Shown here: in pieces, positions 1 through 9,967 of the stretch
Numbering within the stretch: the first letter of the stretch is position 1
How the letters are laid out: each line of letters begins with the position of its first letter
From: a virus
Lineage: Duplodnaviria > Caudoviricetes
Strand: one strand, 5' to 3'
Length of the DNA stretch: 63,720 nucleotides
Virus record (IMG/VR): IMGVR_UViG_3300050015_000317
Location: 1 to 63,720 of that record
Position numbers and translations under genes: made by a program
Notes under the pieces: generated by a model
What the model was told of the DNA's origin: nothing
Database searches by the model: none
Seen by the model: only the letters and a program-made list of their open reading frames with translations

Positions 1-127
1 ACATCAAGACGAAGGCATGGAAGGACTAACAAAATGAGGCTACTCCGCACCATCGGTTTTGTCCTGCGGTTCGCTTGGCGCGACTGCTGTTCGCTGCCTG
101 AGAATCGCGTGGGCCTGTCGCGATGGC
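1..127. repeat. Terminal direct repeat (127 bp) identical to 63594-63720; probable assembler overlap of a circular contig
   Basis: First 127 nt match the last 127 nt exactly; 127 is a common assembly k-mer size. Confidence 0.9.
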
Positions 128-207
128 GCTGCTGGCGTCTGTATCACCTGCCACTGTTGGCGGCGTTGTCTATCGGCTGGTCACTGTCAACCCCCAAAGG
201 AGCATAG
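34..207 (+). CDS. Small hypothetical protein, paralog of 62418-62576
   Basis: ATG after AAGGA; MRLLRTIGFVLRFAWRDCC... identical N-terminus to the second copy. Confidence 0.55.
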   Translation: MRLLRTIGFVLRFAWRDCCSLPENRVGLSRWRCWRLYHLPLLAALSIGWSLSTPKGA

Positions 208-208
208 T

Positions 209-751
209 GTGAGCGAGACCAAGTACACATTTAACCCCGCCTGCAAGCCGATCATCCGCGACTGGCTCAATGACGAGACGACGCCGCTTAAGTTTGAGGC
301 GGGGTTGTGGATCGCCGAGCTTGAGGCCGATCTCGCCGCCGAGCGTGCGGCAAAAGAGAAAGCGGAGGCGGCGGCGGCAACGTTGAGAGATGCATTGAAG
401 TGGTTTTCTGACCACGCATTCGCGCAAGAAGACGTGCGCCAAGAGTATATCGGTGAGACGGTTGGTTGGTTACTCGCACAACCCAACCCCGGCCAGGCCA
501 TCCTCGACCGACTACAGAAGGCAGAGGCGGCGGTGGACAAGCTGCCCAAGACGGCGGATGGAGTGCCGGTAGTGCCCGGTAGAGACGTGGTCGTGCATGG
601 TACGCCCCCGCTTGACGTTTGGTGTACGGTGAATCAGGCCGGAAGCGAATATGTTGCGGCAGATGCCAATGGAACTGACGTGGCAAAGATTGGCGAGTGT
701 TACTCCACCCGCGAAGCCGCCGAAGCCGCCCTCGCCCAGCAGTCGAAGTAA
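209..751 (+). CDS. Hypothetical phage protein (coiled coil plus KLPKTADG...YSTREAAEAA module)
   Basis: GTG start after AAGGAG; N-terminus shared with 62591-62842, C-terminal module shared with 4377-4685. Confidence 0.75.
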   Translation: MSETKYTFNPACKPIIRDWLNDETTPLKFEAGLWIAELEADLAAERAAKEKAEAAAATLRDALKWFSDHAFAQEDVRQEYIGETVGWLLAQPNPGQAILDRLQKAEAAVDKLPKTADGVPVVPGRDVVVHGTPPLDVWCTVNQAGSEYVAADANGTDVAKIGECYSTREAAEAALAQQSK

Positions 752-778
752 CGGATTTCACACGGAAGGAGCCGAGTA

Positions 779-1477
779 ATGGCACACGATCTACCCGCCC
801 GCGCGGAGCGAATGGCACGAGAGGAAGCGGCAAGGCAGGACAAGCCGCGCCCAATCATCGCCGGTGACGTGCTGAGCACGAGCCAGGAACGGCGGTTGCG
901 ACTCCAGGCGACGCAGGCCGACAATCTGCCGCGAGAGTGGGGGGGCGTGCGATACGACCACGCCACGGACCCCGTGCCGCCGGAAGTCTACGACGACGCC
1001 ATGCCCCCCGCAGGCTGGGCGCGGATGGACGGCAACGCCATCATCCTGACGCTGCCGCTTCCGCCTTCGGTCAACCACTACTACCGGCGCGGCAAAGGCG
1101 GCAAGGTCTACATCGGCGCGGAGGGCGTGCGGTTTCGGCAGGTGGTGGCCTACGCCTGCATTCAAGCTCGCGTCAAGCCCATTGGTGGCAAGCTGAAGGT
1201 GGCGGGCGTGTTCTACTGCGGCGACCATCGGAGACACGACCTGGATAACTTCGGCAAGTGCCTGCTGGACGCCCTCCAGCACGGCGGTTGCTATGGTGAC
1301 GATTTCGACATTGACGACCAGCACTGGGTTCGCGGCGAGATACTGCCCATTGGCAAGTGCGTTGTGCGGGTCGAGGCCGCCACGATCAAGGCGGCAATGG
1401 GAATATACCATACCCCCGATGAGATACTGAACGTAATCAACCCGCCATACGATCTGCGGACGAAAGGAACCAAATGA
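779..1477 (+). CDS. rusA: RusA-family Holliday junction resolvase with N-terminal extension
   Basis: PLPPSVNHYYR and DLDNFGKCLLDAL...DD motifs. Confidence 0.85.
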   Translation: MAHDLPARAERMAREEAARQDKPRPIIAGDVLSTSQERRLRLQATQADNLPREWGGVRYDHATDPVPPEVYDDAMPPAGWARMDGNAIILTLPLPPSVNHYYRRGKGGKVYIGAEGVRFRQVVAYACIQARVKPIGGKLKVAGVFYCGDHRRHDLDNFGKCLLDALQHGGCYGDDFDIDDQHWVRGEILPIGKCVVRVEAATIKAAMGIYHTPDEILNVINPPYDLRTKGTK

Positions 1478-2094
1478 GCAACACCGACAAATGCCCGATC
1501 TGTGAACGCGGAGTACAGGACTGCAACTGTCCGAAGGCCGCCTATTGGGCGCGTATCGGCCAGCTTGAGAAGAACGCCTTGGCCTTGGCTGAAAGCTTTG
1601 CGCTTGTTCATAAGGAAGCCGACGCCGAGCTTGGCCGCTGGCAGAACGAGATTGCCCGCGTAGTCACCGAACTCTGCGGCGTCCATGTGGACGGAAGCGG
1701 AACCGACAGCGGTGATCCGCTTGACCTGACGCTGAACGAGATTCGGGAGGGGTTCCATGTCGAGCAGGAATCTGCGGACCACCTGGGGGCCGTGCTGCTG
1801 AAATACACCTGCGCCTTTGACCGAATGTATCCGATGGACGAGGGGCTTGTCACGCAGTTCATCAAAGAGGCGCGAGAGGCACTGGACGGGGACGACGAGC
1901 GTGAAGAATCCGAATCGGCTCACCTTGCCGCCAGCCTGACGCACGGCGCAACGGACGCTTGTGTTTGGGGCGACGCCTATTGCGAGAGTTGCCGAGAGCA
2001 AGACTCCTGCCGCGAAGAGGACAGGCAAGACGAGATTCGCGCCAAGCACGATGAGCAGAACTTTCAATGCGAGGAAGGAGATACGGCATTGTGA
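1474..2094 (+). CDS. Hypothetical protein with Cys-rich termini
   Basis: ATGA-coupled to rusA, RBS AAAGGA. Confidence 0.7.
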   Translation: MSNTDKCPICERGVQDCNCPKAAYWARIGQLEKNALALAESFALVHKEADAELGRWQNEIARVVTELCGVHVDGSGTDSGDPLDLTLNEIREGFHVEQESADHLGAVLLKYTCAFDRMYPMDEGLVTQFIKEAREALDGDDEREESESAHLAASLTHGATDACVWGDAYCESCREQDSCREEDRQDEIRAKHDEQNFQCEEGDTAL

Positions 2095-2357
2095 ACACGA
2101 AAGATCGCCACAACATGATGCGCATGGCAATCATTTTGCGAAAGCTAGCCAGCCTTGCCCCGATGAATCCGGCCGATATTCAGAGAACGGCAAATGCGGC
2201 AAGGGCTTCGATCATTGTTGGACTATCCCTGGCGGGTGTTGCAAGCTCTATGCAGTATGCAGAAGGGCAAGCGGCCGTTGCCGAGGGATTGGAACAGGCC
2301 GAGACGTTGATTGAAGTATATCGAACGCTGGATACCTCAAAGAAGGATAGGCCATGA
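2091..2357 (+). CDS. Hypothetical protein
   Basis: GTGA overlap with the upstream stop; fills the operon. Confidence 0.55.
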   Translation: MNTKDRHNMMRMAIILRKLASLAPMNPADIQRTANAARASIIVGLSLAGVASSMQYAEGQAAVAEGLEQAETLIEVYRTLDTSKKDRP

Positions 2358-2554
2358 CCAACAGAGACAAGCGTGTATCAGCGGCGATTGGCGAGCTTCG
2401 CCGAACGGCGGGCGTGATAGTGGGTGAGTGCAGCAATCCTGTTGGTATACGGCCACAAGCCCCGTCCAAAGAAACGCTCAATGATTTGATTCGGGCGTTG
2501 AACTTGATGGCTATTGCAGAGCGAGTCTACTACAGCCCAGGAGATGACAAATGA
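2354..2554 (+). CDS. Hypothetical protein
   Basis: ATGA coupling, RBS AAGGA. Confidence 0.65.
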   Translation: MTNRDKRVSAAIGELRRTAGVIVGECSNPVGIRPQAPSKETLNDLIRALNLMAIAERVYYSPGDDK

Positions 2555-2790
2555 CCAAACTAGAAGAACTGTACCTGTACGAATGCCGCAAGACCTTCGA
2601 TCCGGGCATACCGCCAGGACTGCGTGCGGTTGCCGAGATTCGCGGACACGCGATCCTGGACACCCTGACTGCTGTCTACAACGACGGCGGAACAATGGCC
2701 GGGCAACTGGGCTTGTTTGCCGACAGTGTGATGATGGACGAGCATGGCCAGGACGTGCCGATGTGCTGCGGAATGAAGGCATTACCATGA
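2551..2790 (+). CDS. Hypothetical protein
   Basis: ATGA coupling, RBS AGGAG. Confidence 0.65.
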   Translation: MTKLEELYLYECRKTFDPGIPPGLRAVAEIRGHAILDTLTAVYNDGGTMAGQLGLFADSVMMDEHGQDVPMCCGMKALP

Positions 2791-2990
2791 TTATCGCCGC
2801 CCGCCGTGTGCAGCACAGCCAGAAGCAACGCTTCTGCGAGGTGTGCAATAACCCGATTCCCGGCCAGCACGTCGCCGCCTTCGGATGTGCCGAGCGATAT
2901 GACAAGCCTTACTGGGTTCGATTGTGCGCAGGGTGCGCCAACAACAGTAAGGACGTTACTAACCGCCTTAACCAAGGAGACAAGCCATGA
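2787..2990 (+). CDS. Small zinc-finger protein
   Basis: CEVC...CAGC; ATGA coupling. Confidence 0.6.
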   Translation: MIIAARRVQHSQKQRFCEVCNNPIPGQHVAAFGCAERYDKPYWVRLCAGCANNSKDVTNRLNQGDKP

Positions 2991-3280
2991 CGAAAGTAAG
3001 CAAAGAGTTTTCAAGCGAAGAACTGATGTGCGTAGTCTACGGCGACCAGCCTGGTTGGTCAGAACTGCGTGGAGAACGCAAGATTCTGGATCAGGGGCGT
3101 TGGGTGACGCTCTGGTGCAGCATTTTCAAGCACGAAGCATCGGGCCGGCATTACGAAATCGGATGGGAGCGCGCATCCACGGAACAGCAGGAAGGTAGCG
3201 AAAGCAACGACCCCACCTGCATTGAAGTTGAATTGAAAGAGGTTCTCGTCAAACAGTGGGTTCCAGTGAGCGAGGCTTAA
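2987..3280 (+). CDS. Hypothetical phage protein
   Basis: RBS AAGGAG; GRW...TEQQE motif seen in small phage proteins. Confidence 0.7.
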   Translation: MTKVSKEFSSEELMCVVYGDQPGWSELRGERKILDQGRWVTLWCSIFKHEASGRHYEIGWERASTEQQEGSESNDPTCIEVELKEVLVKQWVPVSEA

Positions 3281-3446
3281 CATGGGACACACTTGCCCTA
3301 ACTGTGGCCAGATGTGCTACTGCTCTGGCGACATAGACGACATCGACTTCGGCGAGTGGGATGGCTGCAAGTGCGACTGTCAGGATGAGGCCAACGATGA
3401 CGAGCCGTGGTATGACGACGAGACCGACTAACCCCCAGCCCGCGAG

Positions 3447-3671
3447 ATGAACATGGAACCTCAATGGCTCAATTTGGGCAAGAACCCAGCTCCCGCGAGC
3501 ATTCTGTCTGCGGCGACCGCCCTGATTCAGTCGCCGGCCCCGGACGATGATGGCGACAACATGATCTGCCCGCACTGCCACGAGATCGTGAACCTCCACG
3601 ACTGCGACTCGATAGGCGCGTACGACGCTTGCGTGTTCTGCGCGAACTGCACAATGGAATTCCAGACATAG
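3447..3671 (+). CDS. Small zinc-ribbon protein
   Basis: CPHC...CANC. Confidence 0.55.
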   Translation: MNMEPQWLNLGKNPAPASILSAATALIQSPAPDDDGDNMICPHCHEIVNLHDCDSIGAYDACVFCANCTMEFQT

Positions 3672-3680
3672 GAGAAACCA

Positions 3681-4289
3681 ATGAACGCATGGATTGAGAC
3701 GTACACCGGACGACAATTCTACTACATCAAACCAAGGCCCGACGACGTGTGCCTGGAGGACGTGGCCTACGCCCTGTCCAACATCTGCCGCTACACCGGG
3801 CATTCCAGCATCTTCTACTCAGTAGCCGAGCATTCATGCCTATGCGCTGACGAGGCAGAGACGCGCGGCTATCCCGATAGTGTGGCTCTGGCCTGCCTGT
3901 TGCACGATTCGGCAGAGGCGTATGTCGGCGATGTGAACAGCCCTCTAAAATCACTTCTGCACGGATTCAAAGACATTAAACGCGCGGCGCATAACGCCTG
4001 TGCGGCCGCCCTCATGCCGGGAATCGTCATATCGCCGGAGCAGCGGCTGATCGTCAAGGACATTGACATTCAAATGCTGCGATACGAGGCCACAGTGTTA
4101 ATGCCGTCCAAGGGCTATACCTGGAACTGGCCCGACAACGCGGCCGACATTGTGTCGGTTGGAATCATGCGGCTCACACCGGAGCAAGCTCGTGGATACT
4201 TTATCGCCAAATATGAACAACTCCTTGGACGTTGTGGAGCATCGACAGTGGCTCAACAGCCTGACGCTGGCCGAGCGACGAGGATATGA
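3681..4289 (+). CDS. HD-domain phosphohydrolase (YfbR/5'-deoxynucleotidase-like)
   Basis: RYTGH, YSVAEHS, LLHDSAEAYVGD motifs. Confidence 0.9.
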   Translation: MNAWIETYTGRQFYYIKPRPDDVCLEDVAYALSNICRYTGHSSIFYSVAEHSCLCADEAETRGYPDSVALACLLHDSAEAYVGDVNSPLKSLLHGFKDIKRAAHNACAAALMPGIVISPEQRLIVKDIDIQMLRYEATVLMPSKGYTWNWPDNAADIVSVGIMRLTPEQARGYFIAKYEQLLGRCGASTVAQQPDAGRATRI

Positions 4290-4376
4290 CCGAGCGTTTG
4301 GCGAGGCGTGGTTTGAAGGCAAAGATGCCGACCTGTGCCGAATTACGGCAAGGCGACAGATAGAAAAGGAGCAGTA

Positions 4377-4685
4377 ATGAGCGACAAATGCAAATCATGC
4401 GGCAAACCCTTCACAGCCCACCTGGGCCTCGAAGGGACGTGCAGGGAGTTGATAGAGGCGAAGGCCATCTTGGACAAGCTGCCCGTGACCAAAGACGGCG
4501 TTCGCGTGGTTCCGTTTACACCTTTATATGGACGGTCCAAGAACTCCCGCGGCATTCGCCAGTTCCAATATTGGCCCGATTTAACCCATGTGGCGTTTGA
4601 TTGGAACGAGTACGGCCCCGACGTGGTTATAGACGTGTCGGCCGCCTACTCATCTTTCGCCGCCGCCCAGGCGAAGGGGAAGTGA
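4377..4685 (+). CDS. Hypothetical protein (KLPVTKDG module)
   Basis: RBS AAGGAG; module shared with 209-751. Confidence 0.65.
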   Translation: MSDKCKSCGKPFTAHLGLEGTCRELIEAKAILDKLPVTKDGVRVVPFTPLYGRSKNSRGIRQFQYWPDLTHVAFDWNEYGPDVVIDVSAAYSSFAAAQAKGK

Positions 4686-5578
4686 TGGACATTGACCCAA
4701 GGCTGATCGTGCGAGTATTCCCGCGCCGAACCGCCGCGACCCCGGACGATGGCAACGCCTTTGTCGGCGACCCGCCGTTTGAAGTGCCGCGCGGGCTGGA
4801 GGTACATGTTTCCTGCTGCTTCACATGGGATCGGCCCGAAGCGGAACGGCTGGCTATCGCGTGGGCGCGGACGGACGTATCGGTCAAGATCGGCGGCCCG
4901 GCCTACGGCGACCCCGGCGGCGAGTTTGTGCCGGGAAAATATCTCAAGCCGGGATACGTCATCACATCTCGCGGCTGCCCCAACAACTGCGGTTTCTGCA
5001 TGGTGCCAGAGCGAGAGGGCAAGTTTAGGCCCATCCCAATTCGTGACGGCTACGACGTGCTAGACAACAATCTTCTGGCGGACAAGGAACACGCCAAGAA
5101 AGTTATCGCCATGTTGCGGGCGCAGAAACATCCAGCCCGATTCTCCGGGGGCCTGCAACCCGCCCGACTGCTGGACGGATGGTTCTTGAGTGAACTGGCG
5201 AACACGAGATTTGAAGTGGCGTTTCTGGCCTACGACTTGCCGCAACACAAGAACACAGTCGAGCGAGCGGCGGGGCTGATTCGGGAGATATTCAAGCATC
5301 GTTCAGAGTCATGGATTCGGCACAAGTTCGGCGTGTACGTCCTGTGCCGCTATCTACCCAACGACACTGTTGAAAAGGCCGAGGGTCGCTGCGGATGGGT
5401 TCGGGGGCTTGGCATCACCCCGTTCCCGATGATATGGCGGCCCGATATGACCTCCAATCTGGAAGATGTGACGTACTGGAAGCGGTGTCTATGGAAATGG
5501 CTACGCGCGGCCGCACAGAATGCCAAGCCAGAAGCTGAAGGCAAACTCTTTGCGAAGGGCAACCCATGCCCCGCCTGA
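4685..5578 (+). CDS. Radical SAM protein
   Basis: TSRGCPNNCGFC (CxxxCxxC), preceded by IGGPAY and followed by DNN. Confidence 0.85.
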   Translation: MDIDPRLIVRVFPRRTAATPDDGNAFVGDPPFEVPRGLEVHVSCCFTWDRPEAERLAIAWARTDVSVKIGGPAYGDPGGEFVPGKYLKPGYVITSRGCPNNCGFCMVPEREGKFRPIPIRDGYDVLDNNLLADKEHAKKVIAMLRAQKHPARFSGGLQPARLLDGWFLSELANTRFEVAFLAYDLPQHKNTVERAAGLIREIFKHRSESWIRHKFGVYVLCRYLPNDTVEKAEGRCGWVRGLGITPFPMIWRPDMTSNLEDVTYWKRCLWKWLRAAAQNAKPEAEGKLFAKGNPCPA

Positions 5579-5708
5579 CGCCAGCGCAATACGACGTGCT
5601 GCGATGGTGTGTAGCCGAGGCCGCGAGACAGAACCGGGCCGAAGTCGCAACTGACAAAGAGACTGAGACCGTAGCTGAACCATTCGAGACGAGTGAGACG
5701 GAGTCGAA

Positions 5709-6419
5709 ATGAACGAGCCGATAGTCATGGATGACGCACTCAAGCAGTTTCCGCACTGGCAATCGGACGATGGAACAATCCTGCTGATCTGCGGCGATTG
5801 CCTCACCGTGTTGCCGATGCTGGCGGCGGGGAGCGTGGACGCCGTGGTGACGGACCCGCCGTATGGGGTCGGTTTCAAATATGACACACACGACGATGAC
5901 CGTGCCGGATATGAGGCTTGGTGCCGCGATTGGTTCGCCAGCATAGAACGGATTGGTTGCCCGATTTTGATGGCTTGTGGTGCTGTCAATGTTGCAATGT
6001 GGGCACGCATTAAACCGTTTAATTGGCAAGTGGCTTGGCTGAAACCCGCCGCTATGGGCCGTTCGCCTGTCGGTTTTTGCAATTGGGAGCCGATGCTGCT
6101 TTGGGGAAGCGGAACCGGAAACAGCGTAGATGTTTTTACGGCTCAAATTATTCCAGACGCTTCGCTTGATGGGCACCCTTGCCCGAAACCGTTGAGATGG
6201 GGAACAGAATCGGTTGCAAGGGTGTCGCTCGAAGGCGACACCATCCTCGACCCATTCATGGGCAGTGGCACAACCGGCGTTGCCTGCATCCGAACGGGGC
6301 GTAAGTTCATCGGCATCGAGATTTCACCGGAATACTTCGAGATCGCGCGGGAGCGGATTCAGACGGAACTCGACGCCCGCGACGGACGCGGGCAACTGTT
6401 CAAGAGAAAGCTGATATGA
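5709..6419 (+). CDS. DNA methyltransferase (N6-adenine/N4-cytosine, beta class)
   Basis: DPPY, HPCPKP, DPFMGSGTTG motifs. Confidence 0.92.
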   Translation: MNEPIVMDDALKQFPHWQSDDGTILLICGDCLTVLPMLAAGSVDAVVTDPPYGVGFKYDTHDDDRAGYEAWCRDWFASIERIGCPILMACGAVNVAMWARIKPFNWQVAWLKPAAMGRSPVGFCNWEPMLLWGSGTGNSVDVFTAQIIPDASLDGHPCPKPLRWGTESVARVSLEGDTILDPFMGSGTTGVACIRTGRKFIGIEISPEYFEIARERIQTELDARDGRGQLFKRKLI

Positions 6420-6498
6420 AGCCCCGCAGACGCAATAGCCGCCCGGTGTGCGTCAAGGCCGCAAAGACGACGAGACCAGAATTGGAGGAACTCAAGCC

Positions 6499-6762
6499 AT
6501 GAGGACATGCAAACTATGCGGAAAGCCTTTGACGCGAAGCCGAACCGGATACTGCTGCACGCCACATCGGTACAAGGGTGACGCCCGATACCGCCGTAAG
6601 TGCCAGCGCGCGCGCATGGCCTACTACGCCAGTCACCGCAAGCAGGAGAGCGACCACAATAAGGAACGATACTACTGCAAGAAAGAGGGCAAGCCCGTTC
6701 CGCGTCGCGTCCGCAAGTCAAAGGTCAACGTCTACTCAAGCATCACGCCTTGGTGGAAGTGA
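6499..6762 (+). CDS. Basic zinc-finger protein
   Basis: RBS GGAGG; CKLC...YCC, Arg/Lys-rich. Confidence 0.55.
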   Translation: MRTCKLCGKPLTRSRTGYCCTPHRYKGDARYRRKCQRARMAYYASHRKQESDHNKERYYCKKEGKPVPRRVRKSKVNVYSSITPWWK

Positions 6763-7097
6763 GACGAGTCATGGTTAAAAGACCTATACCGTTGCTGGAA
6801 GTGCTGCCCGCCAACCTCGACACTCCTGATTTCCGTAAGGCGTGGGATGATTGGAAGCTCTACCAGCGCCAGAGCCACAAGAAGATCGGACCCATGACGG
6901 CGGCGCGGCAACTGGAGAAGTTGTCTCGTGCCGGCCCGGTTGTCGCAATCGCCATGATTGAGCAGTCGATCACGATGAACTGGACTGGATTGTTTGAGGT
7001 CAAGAATGGAACGAATCAGCAAAATACTGCCGGGGCTGGGCAAGTCGCAAAGCCAGCCTGGACGCCCAATGTCACAGCGGCCCGCGTTGACGCCTGA
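6750..7097 (+). CDS. Putative replication initiator (C-terminal-like domain)
   Basis: AWDDWKLY...IEQSITMNWTGLF motif, directly upstream of a DnaC-like gene. Confidence 0.6.
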   Translation: MVEVRRVMVKRPIPLLEVLPANLDTPDFRKAWDDWKLYQRQSHKKIGPMTAARQLEKLSRAGPVVAIAMIEQSITMNWTGLFEVKNGTNQQNTAGAGQVAKPAWTPNVTAARVDA

Positions 7098-7635
7098 GCA
7101 AGAGCGTGCGGTGGAAATGCTAGACATTCCGCCACAGTACCGCAAGTGGACCTTGGACGACTACTCCCAGGCCGTGCGGTTGGCTCTGGCACCGTTCCTG
7201 GCCGGGTATCGCTGGTCGGCATTCCTGTGCGGGGGCGTCGGGACACGCAAGACGAGCCTGGCGGCCGCCATGCTGCGGAGATGGCGCGTGTCAGGCAAGC
7301 CATCGGGCGGCGCTCCGTATGGCGAATTTGTACAACCGAGCCGATTCACATCACTTGCCCGCGACATGGACAATGGCCGCGTAGCCTTGGCGTCGTGGCG
7401 CAAGGCGTCAATCCTCGTGCTGGACGACGTGAGCGCCTACCGTAACACGCCGCATATCGTCGAGACGCTACTCCTGCTGCTTTCGGCCCGATACGACGAT
7501 GTTCGTCCTACCATAATCACGTCCAACTTGCGATTGCCCGAACTGGCGACGCACCTGGACCCGCGAATCGCCAGCAGACTACAGGATGGTGTGTGTGTAG
7601 ACCTGGGCGACGTGGATACGCGGGGTAAGGCATAA
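7006..7635 (+). CDS. DnaC/IstB-like AAA+ helicase loader
   Basis: Walker A GGVGTRKTS, LVLDDV, PTIITSNL, RIASRL. Confidence 0.88.
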   Translation: MERISKILPGLGKSQSQPGRPMSQRPALTPEQERAVEMLDIPPQYRKWTLDDYSQAVRLALAPFLAGYRWSAFLCGGVGTRKTSLAAAMLRRWRVSGKPSGGAPYGEFVQPSRFTSLARDMDNGRVALASWRKASILVLDDVSAYRNTPHIVETLLLLLSARYDDVRPTIITSNLRLPELATHLDPRIASRLQDGVCVDLGDVDTRGKA

Positions 7636-7938
7636 TGACCACACCACGAAAACCAAAGTGTGAACTTAAATCCAGCGCCACGCATCGCCATCCTGACGAG
7701 GATCGCGAGATTCAGCGGCGTGTGGGGGTCTACAGAGTGCAGGTAATGATCTGGCGGCGAATTGTTCGCTGGGAACCCAAGAAAGGATGATCGTGAAATA
7801 CCTAATGGCAATCTTGTGTCGATTGGGCCTGCACCCGTGGATAGTCAGCAACGGCGGGCTGTCTCGCTGGTGCCCCTGGTGCGAGGCGCGGCAAATTCGA
7901 TTCATGCGATTTGGTCAACTGTCGGATTGGAGAACGCT

Positions 7939-8538
7939 ATGACAACCGCTCCTGAACTGGACTATCAATACGAGCTGCTGGAGCTGCCGCCCCGAAAACC
8001 GAGAGTGTTAATCATCGGGCCGTCGGGCGGGGGGAAGACCACGGCGGGAGAAATGCTGTGCAAGGCGATGAGAACGCACGGCCCGGCCGACACTAGTACC
8101 ATACTGATGCTGGAATTCGCAGAGGATGAGGTTGAGCCTCTTCGAGGGGTGCTAAGCCCCAGCGTACTAGACACCGTGCGAACGGCAATCCATAGGTTCC
8201 TGCGCGACCACAAGGCCAGCCTTCGCAAAGAACTATTTGACTTCGGCAACAGAAAGAAGGCGGACAACCCGGCCTACTACGCACGTTCCGCCGTCGGGAT
8301 GTGTGACGTTGTTACCGGCGTTCGCACCAAGGCTGAACTTGCGGCGGCGCGGCCCCTGTTTGACCGCGTAATCTGGGTGCAGCGGGCGGGCTTCGAGCGG
8401 GGCGAAACCGACGAGATCGAGGCTACTGACGCGGACGAGCAATTCATCGGCCTGTCTCTTGTGGAGATGCAGGTCGCGATGGAGCAACTGGCACAAAGGC
8501 TACGCGGTGAGAGGGGTAACAATGAACAAGCGAATTGA
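7939..8538 (+). CDS. P-loop nucleoside monophosphate kinase-like protein
   Basis: IIGPSGGGKTT, VTGVR motifs. Confidence 0.7.
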   Translation: MTTAPELDYQYELLELPPRKPRVLIIGPSGGGKTTAGEMLCKAMRTHGPADTSTILMLEFAEDEVEPLRGVLSPSVLDTVRTAIHRFLRDHKASLRKELFDFGNRKKADNPAYYARSAVGMCDVVTGVRTKAELAAARPLFDRVIWVQRAGFERGETDEIEATDADEQFIGLSLVEMQVAMEQLAQRLRGERGNNEQAN

Positions 8539-8743
8539 GTTACTTGGCGGGCTAGCAACGCTTGTTGCCATTGCGGGCGTCATCCTGAACAACTGCCAGC
8601 TTTGGCCCTGCTTCCTGCTCTGGTTCGTCAGCAACGGCCTGACGCTCTGGATTCATTACCAGGCGCGTATCTGGTCCCTGGTGGCGCGTGATGCCATATT
8701 CCTTGTGTTAGCTATTGTTGGATTGATCCAATGGACGGCCTAG
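8522..8743 (+). CDS. Small membrane protein, PnuC-like
   Basis: Three hydrophobic helices, FLLWFVSN, C-terminal GLIQW. Confidence 0.6.
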   Translation: MNKRIELLGGLATLVAIAGVILNNCQLWPCFLLWFVSNGLTLWIHYQARIWSLVARDAIFLVLAIVGLIQWTA

Positions 8744-8933
8744 TCATGCCTACATTGAACCCCAAACAGACCAGACTGATGCACCAACTCCTGCGCGTAG
8801 CGGAGTGGCATAACCAAGCGGAAATCCCGACGCCAGAGCAAGAAACGGAATTAGTAGAACTCCCGTTCGGCGAGGGCGAGGAACACGACGACGACACGGA
8901 ACCATAGTAACCAACCCTGAAAGGAAAAGACTC

Positions 8934-9116
8934 ATGGACGAGCAGCAGGAAGTAACGGATTTGACGGTACATGACGAGCGCAAAACCTACCGTGTGCGGA
9001 CCATCTGCACGAACTGCGGAACGCGGGCGGCGATGTTGTTCCCGCTGGGCGTTCCGGTCGCTTTAGCCATCTGCCCGACATGCAAGTGTGTGACCATCAA
9101 ACCCATCATCAACTAA
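8934..9116 (+). CDS. Zinc-ribbon protein
   Basis: CTNC...CPTC; RBS AAGGA. Confidence 0.65.
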   Translation: MDEQQEVTDLTVHDERKTYRVRTICTNCGTRAAMLFPLGVPVALAICPTCKCVTIKPIIN

Positions 9117-9130
9117 GGAAAGGATTCCGA

Positions 9131-9967
9131 ATGAACAAGCACGTAGACAACCTGATTGTTGTGAGCGACCTGCACTGCGGCTGCAAGATGGGCCTGTGCC
9201 CTGACCACCCCGTACAACTGGACGACGGCGGAACCTACCAGCCCTCGCGCGTGCAGCGCACGATGTGGGCGTGGTGGCAAGAGTTTTGGCATGATTGGGT
9301 GCCCGAAGTCTGCCACGGCCAGCCCTACGCCGTGCTGGTCAATGGTGACGCGCTCGATGGTGTTCACCACGGCGCGGTAACGCAGGTGTCAAACAACTTG
9401 GCCGACCAGCAGGCGATTGCCGAACTGTGCCTGCGGCCCGTCCGCGACCGTTGCCAGGGGCGGTTCTACATGATTCGCGGAACCGAGGCCCACGTAGGCC
9501 CCAGCGGACAGCAGGAGGAGGCGTTAGCGCGATCGCTTGATGCGGTCAAGGACTCAGAAGGTCGGCGGGCGCGCTATGAGGCGTGGATTCGCGTCGGCAG
9601 CGGCCTCGTTCACTGTTTGCACCACATTGGCACGACCGGCTCGATGCACTACGAGAGTACGGCCGTCACCAAGGAACTAACGGAATCCTATGCCGAAGCC
9701 GGCCGCTGGCGAAACCGCCCGCCCGATGTCGTGGTGCGCTCGCACCGCCACCGCAATATCGAGGTCCGCGTGCCTACGTCGCTGGGCTACGGCATCAGCT
9801 TCACTACGGCGGCCTGGCAGCTCAAAACGCCCTTCGCGTTCCGCATTCCCGGTGGCCGGCTGACTACCCCGCAGATCGGCGGAAGCGCCATCATCCAGGG
9901 CGACCACGACCTGTACACGCGGCACCGGGTCTGGTCTATCGGCCGCACCAAGGAGGTTGTACTGTGA
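9131..9967 (+). CDS. Calcineurin-like metallophosphoesterase
   Basis: SDLHCG, NGDALDG, GTEAH, SHRH motifs. Confidence 0.85.
   Translation: MNKHVDNLIVVSDLHCGCKMGLCPDHPVQLDDGGTYQPSRVQRTMWAWWQEFWHDWVPEVCHGQPYAVLVNGDALDGVHHGAVTQVSNNLADQQAIAELCLRPVRDRCQGRFYMIRGTEAHVGPSGQQEEALARSLDAVKDSEGRRARYEAWIRVGSGLVHCLHHIGTTGSMHYESTAVTKELTESYAEAGRWRNRPPDVVVRSHRHRNIEVRVPTSLGYGISFTTAAWQLKTPFAFRIPGGRLTTPQIGGSAIIQGDHDLYTRHRVWSIGRTKEVVL

Noticed and set aside
3681-4289. 2-aminoadenine (Z-genome) pathway
   Set aside because: An HD hydrolase is present, but no PurZ or dedicated polymerase was recognised
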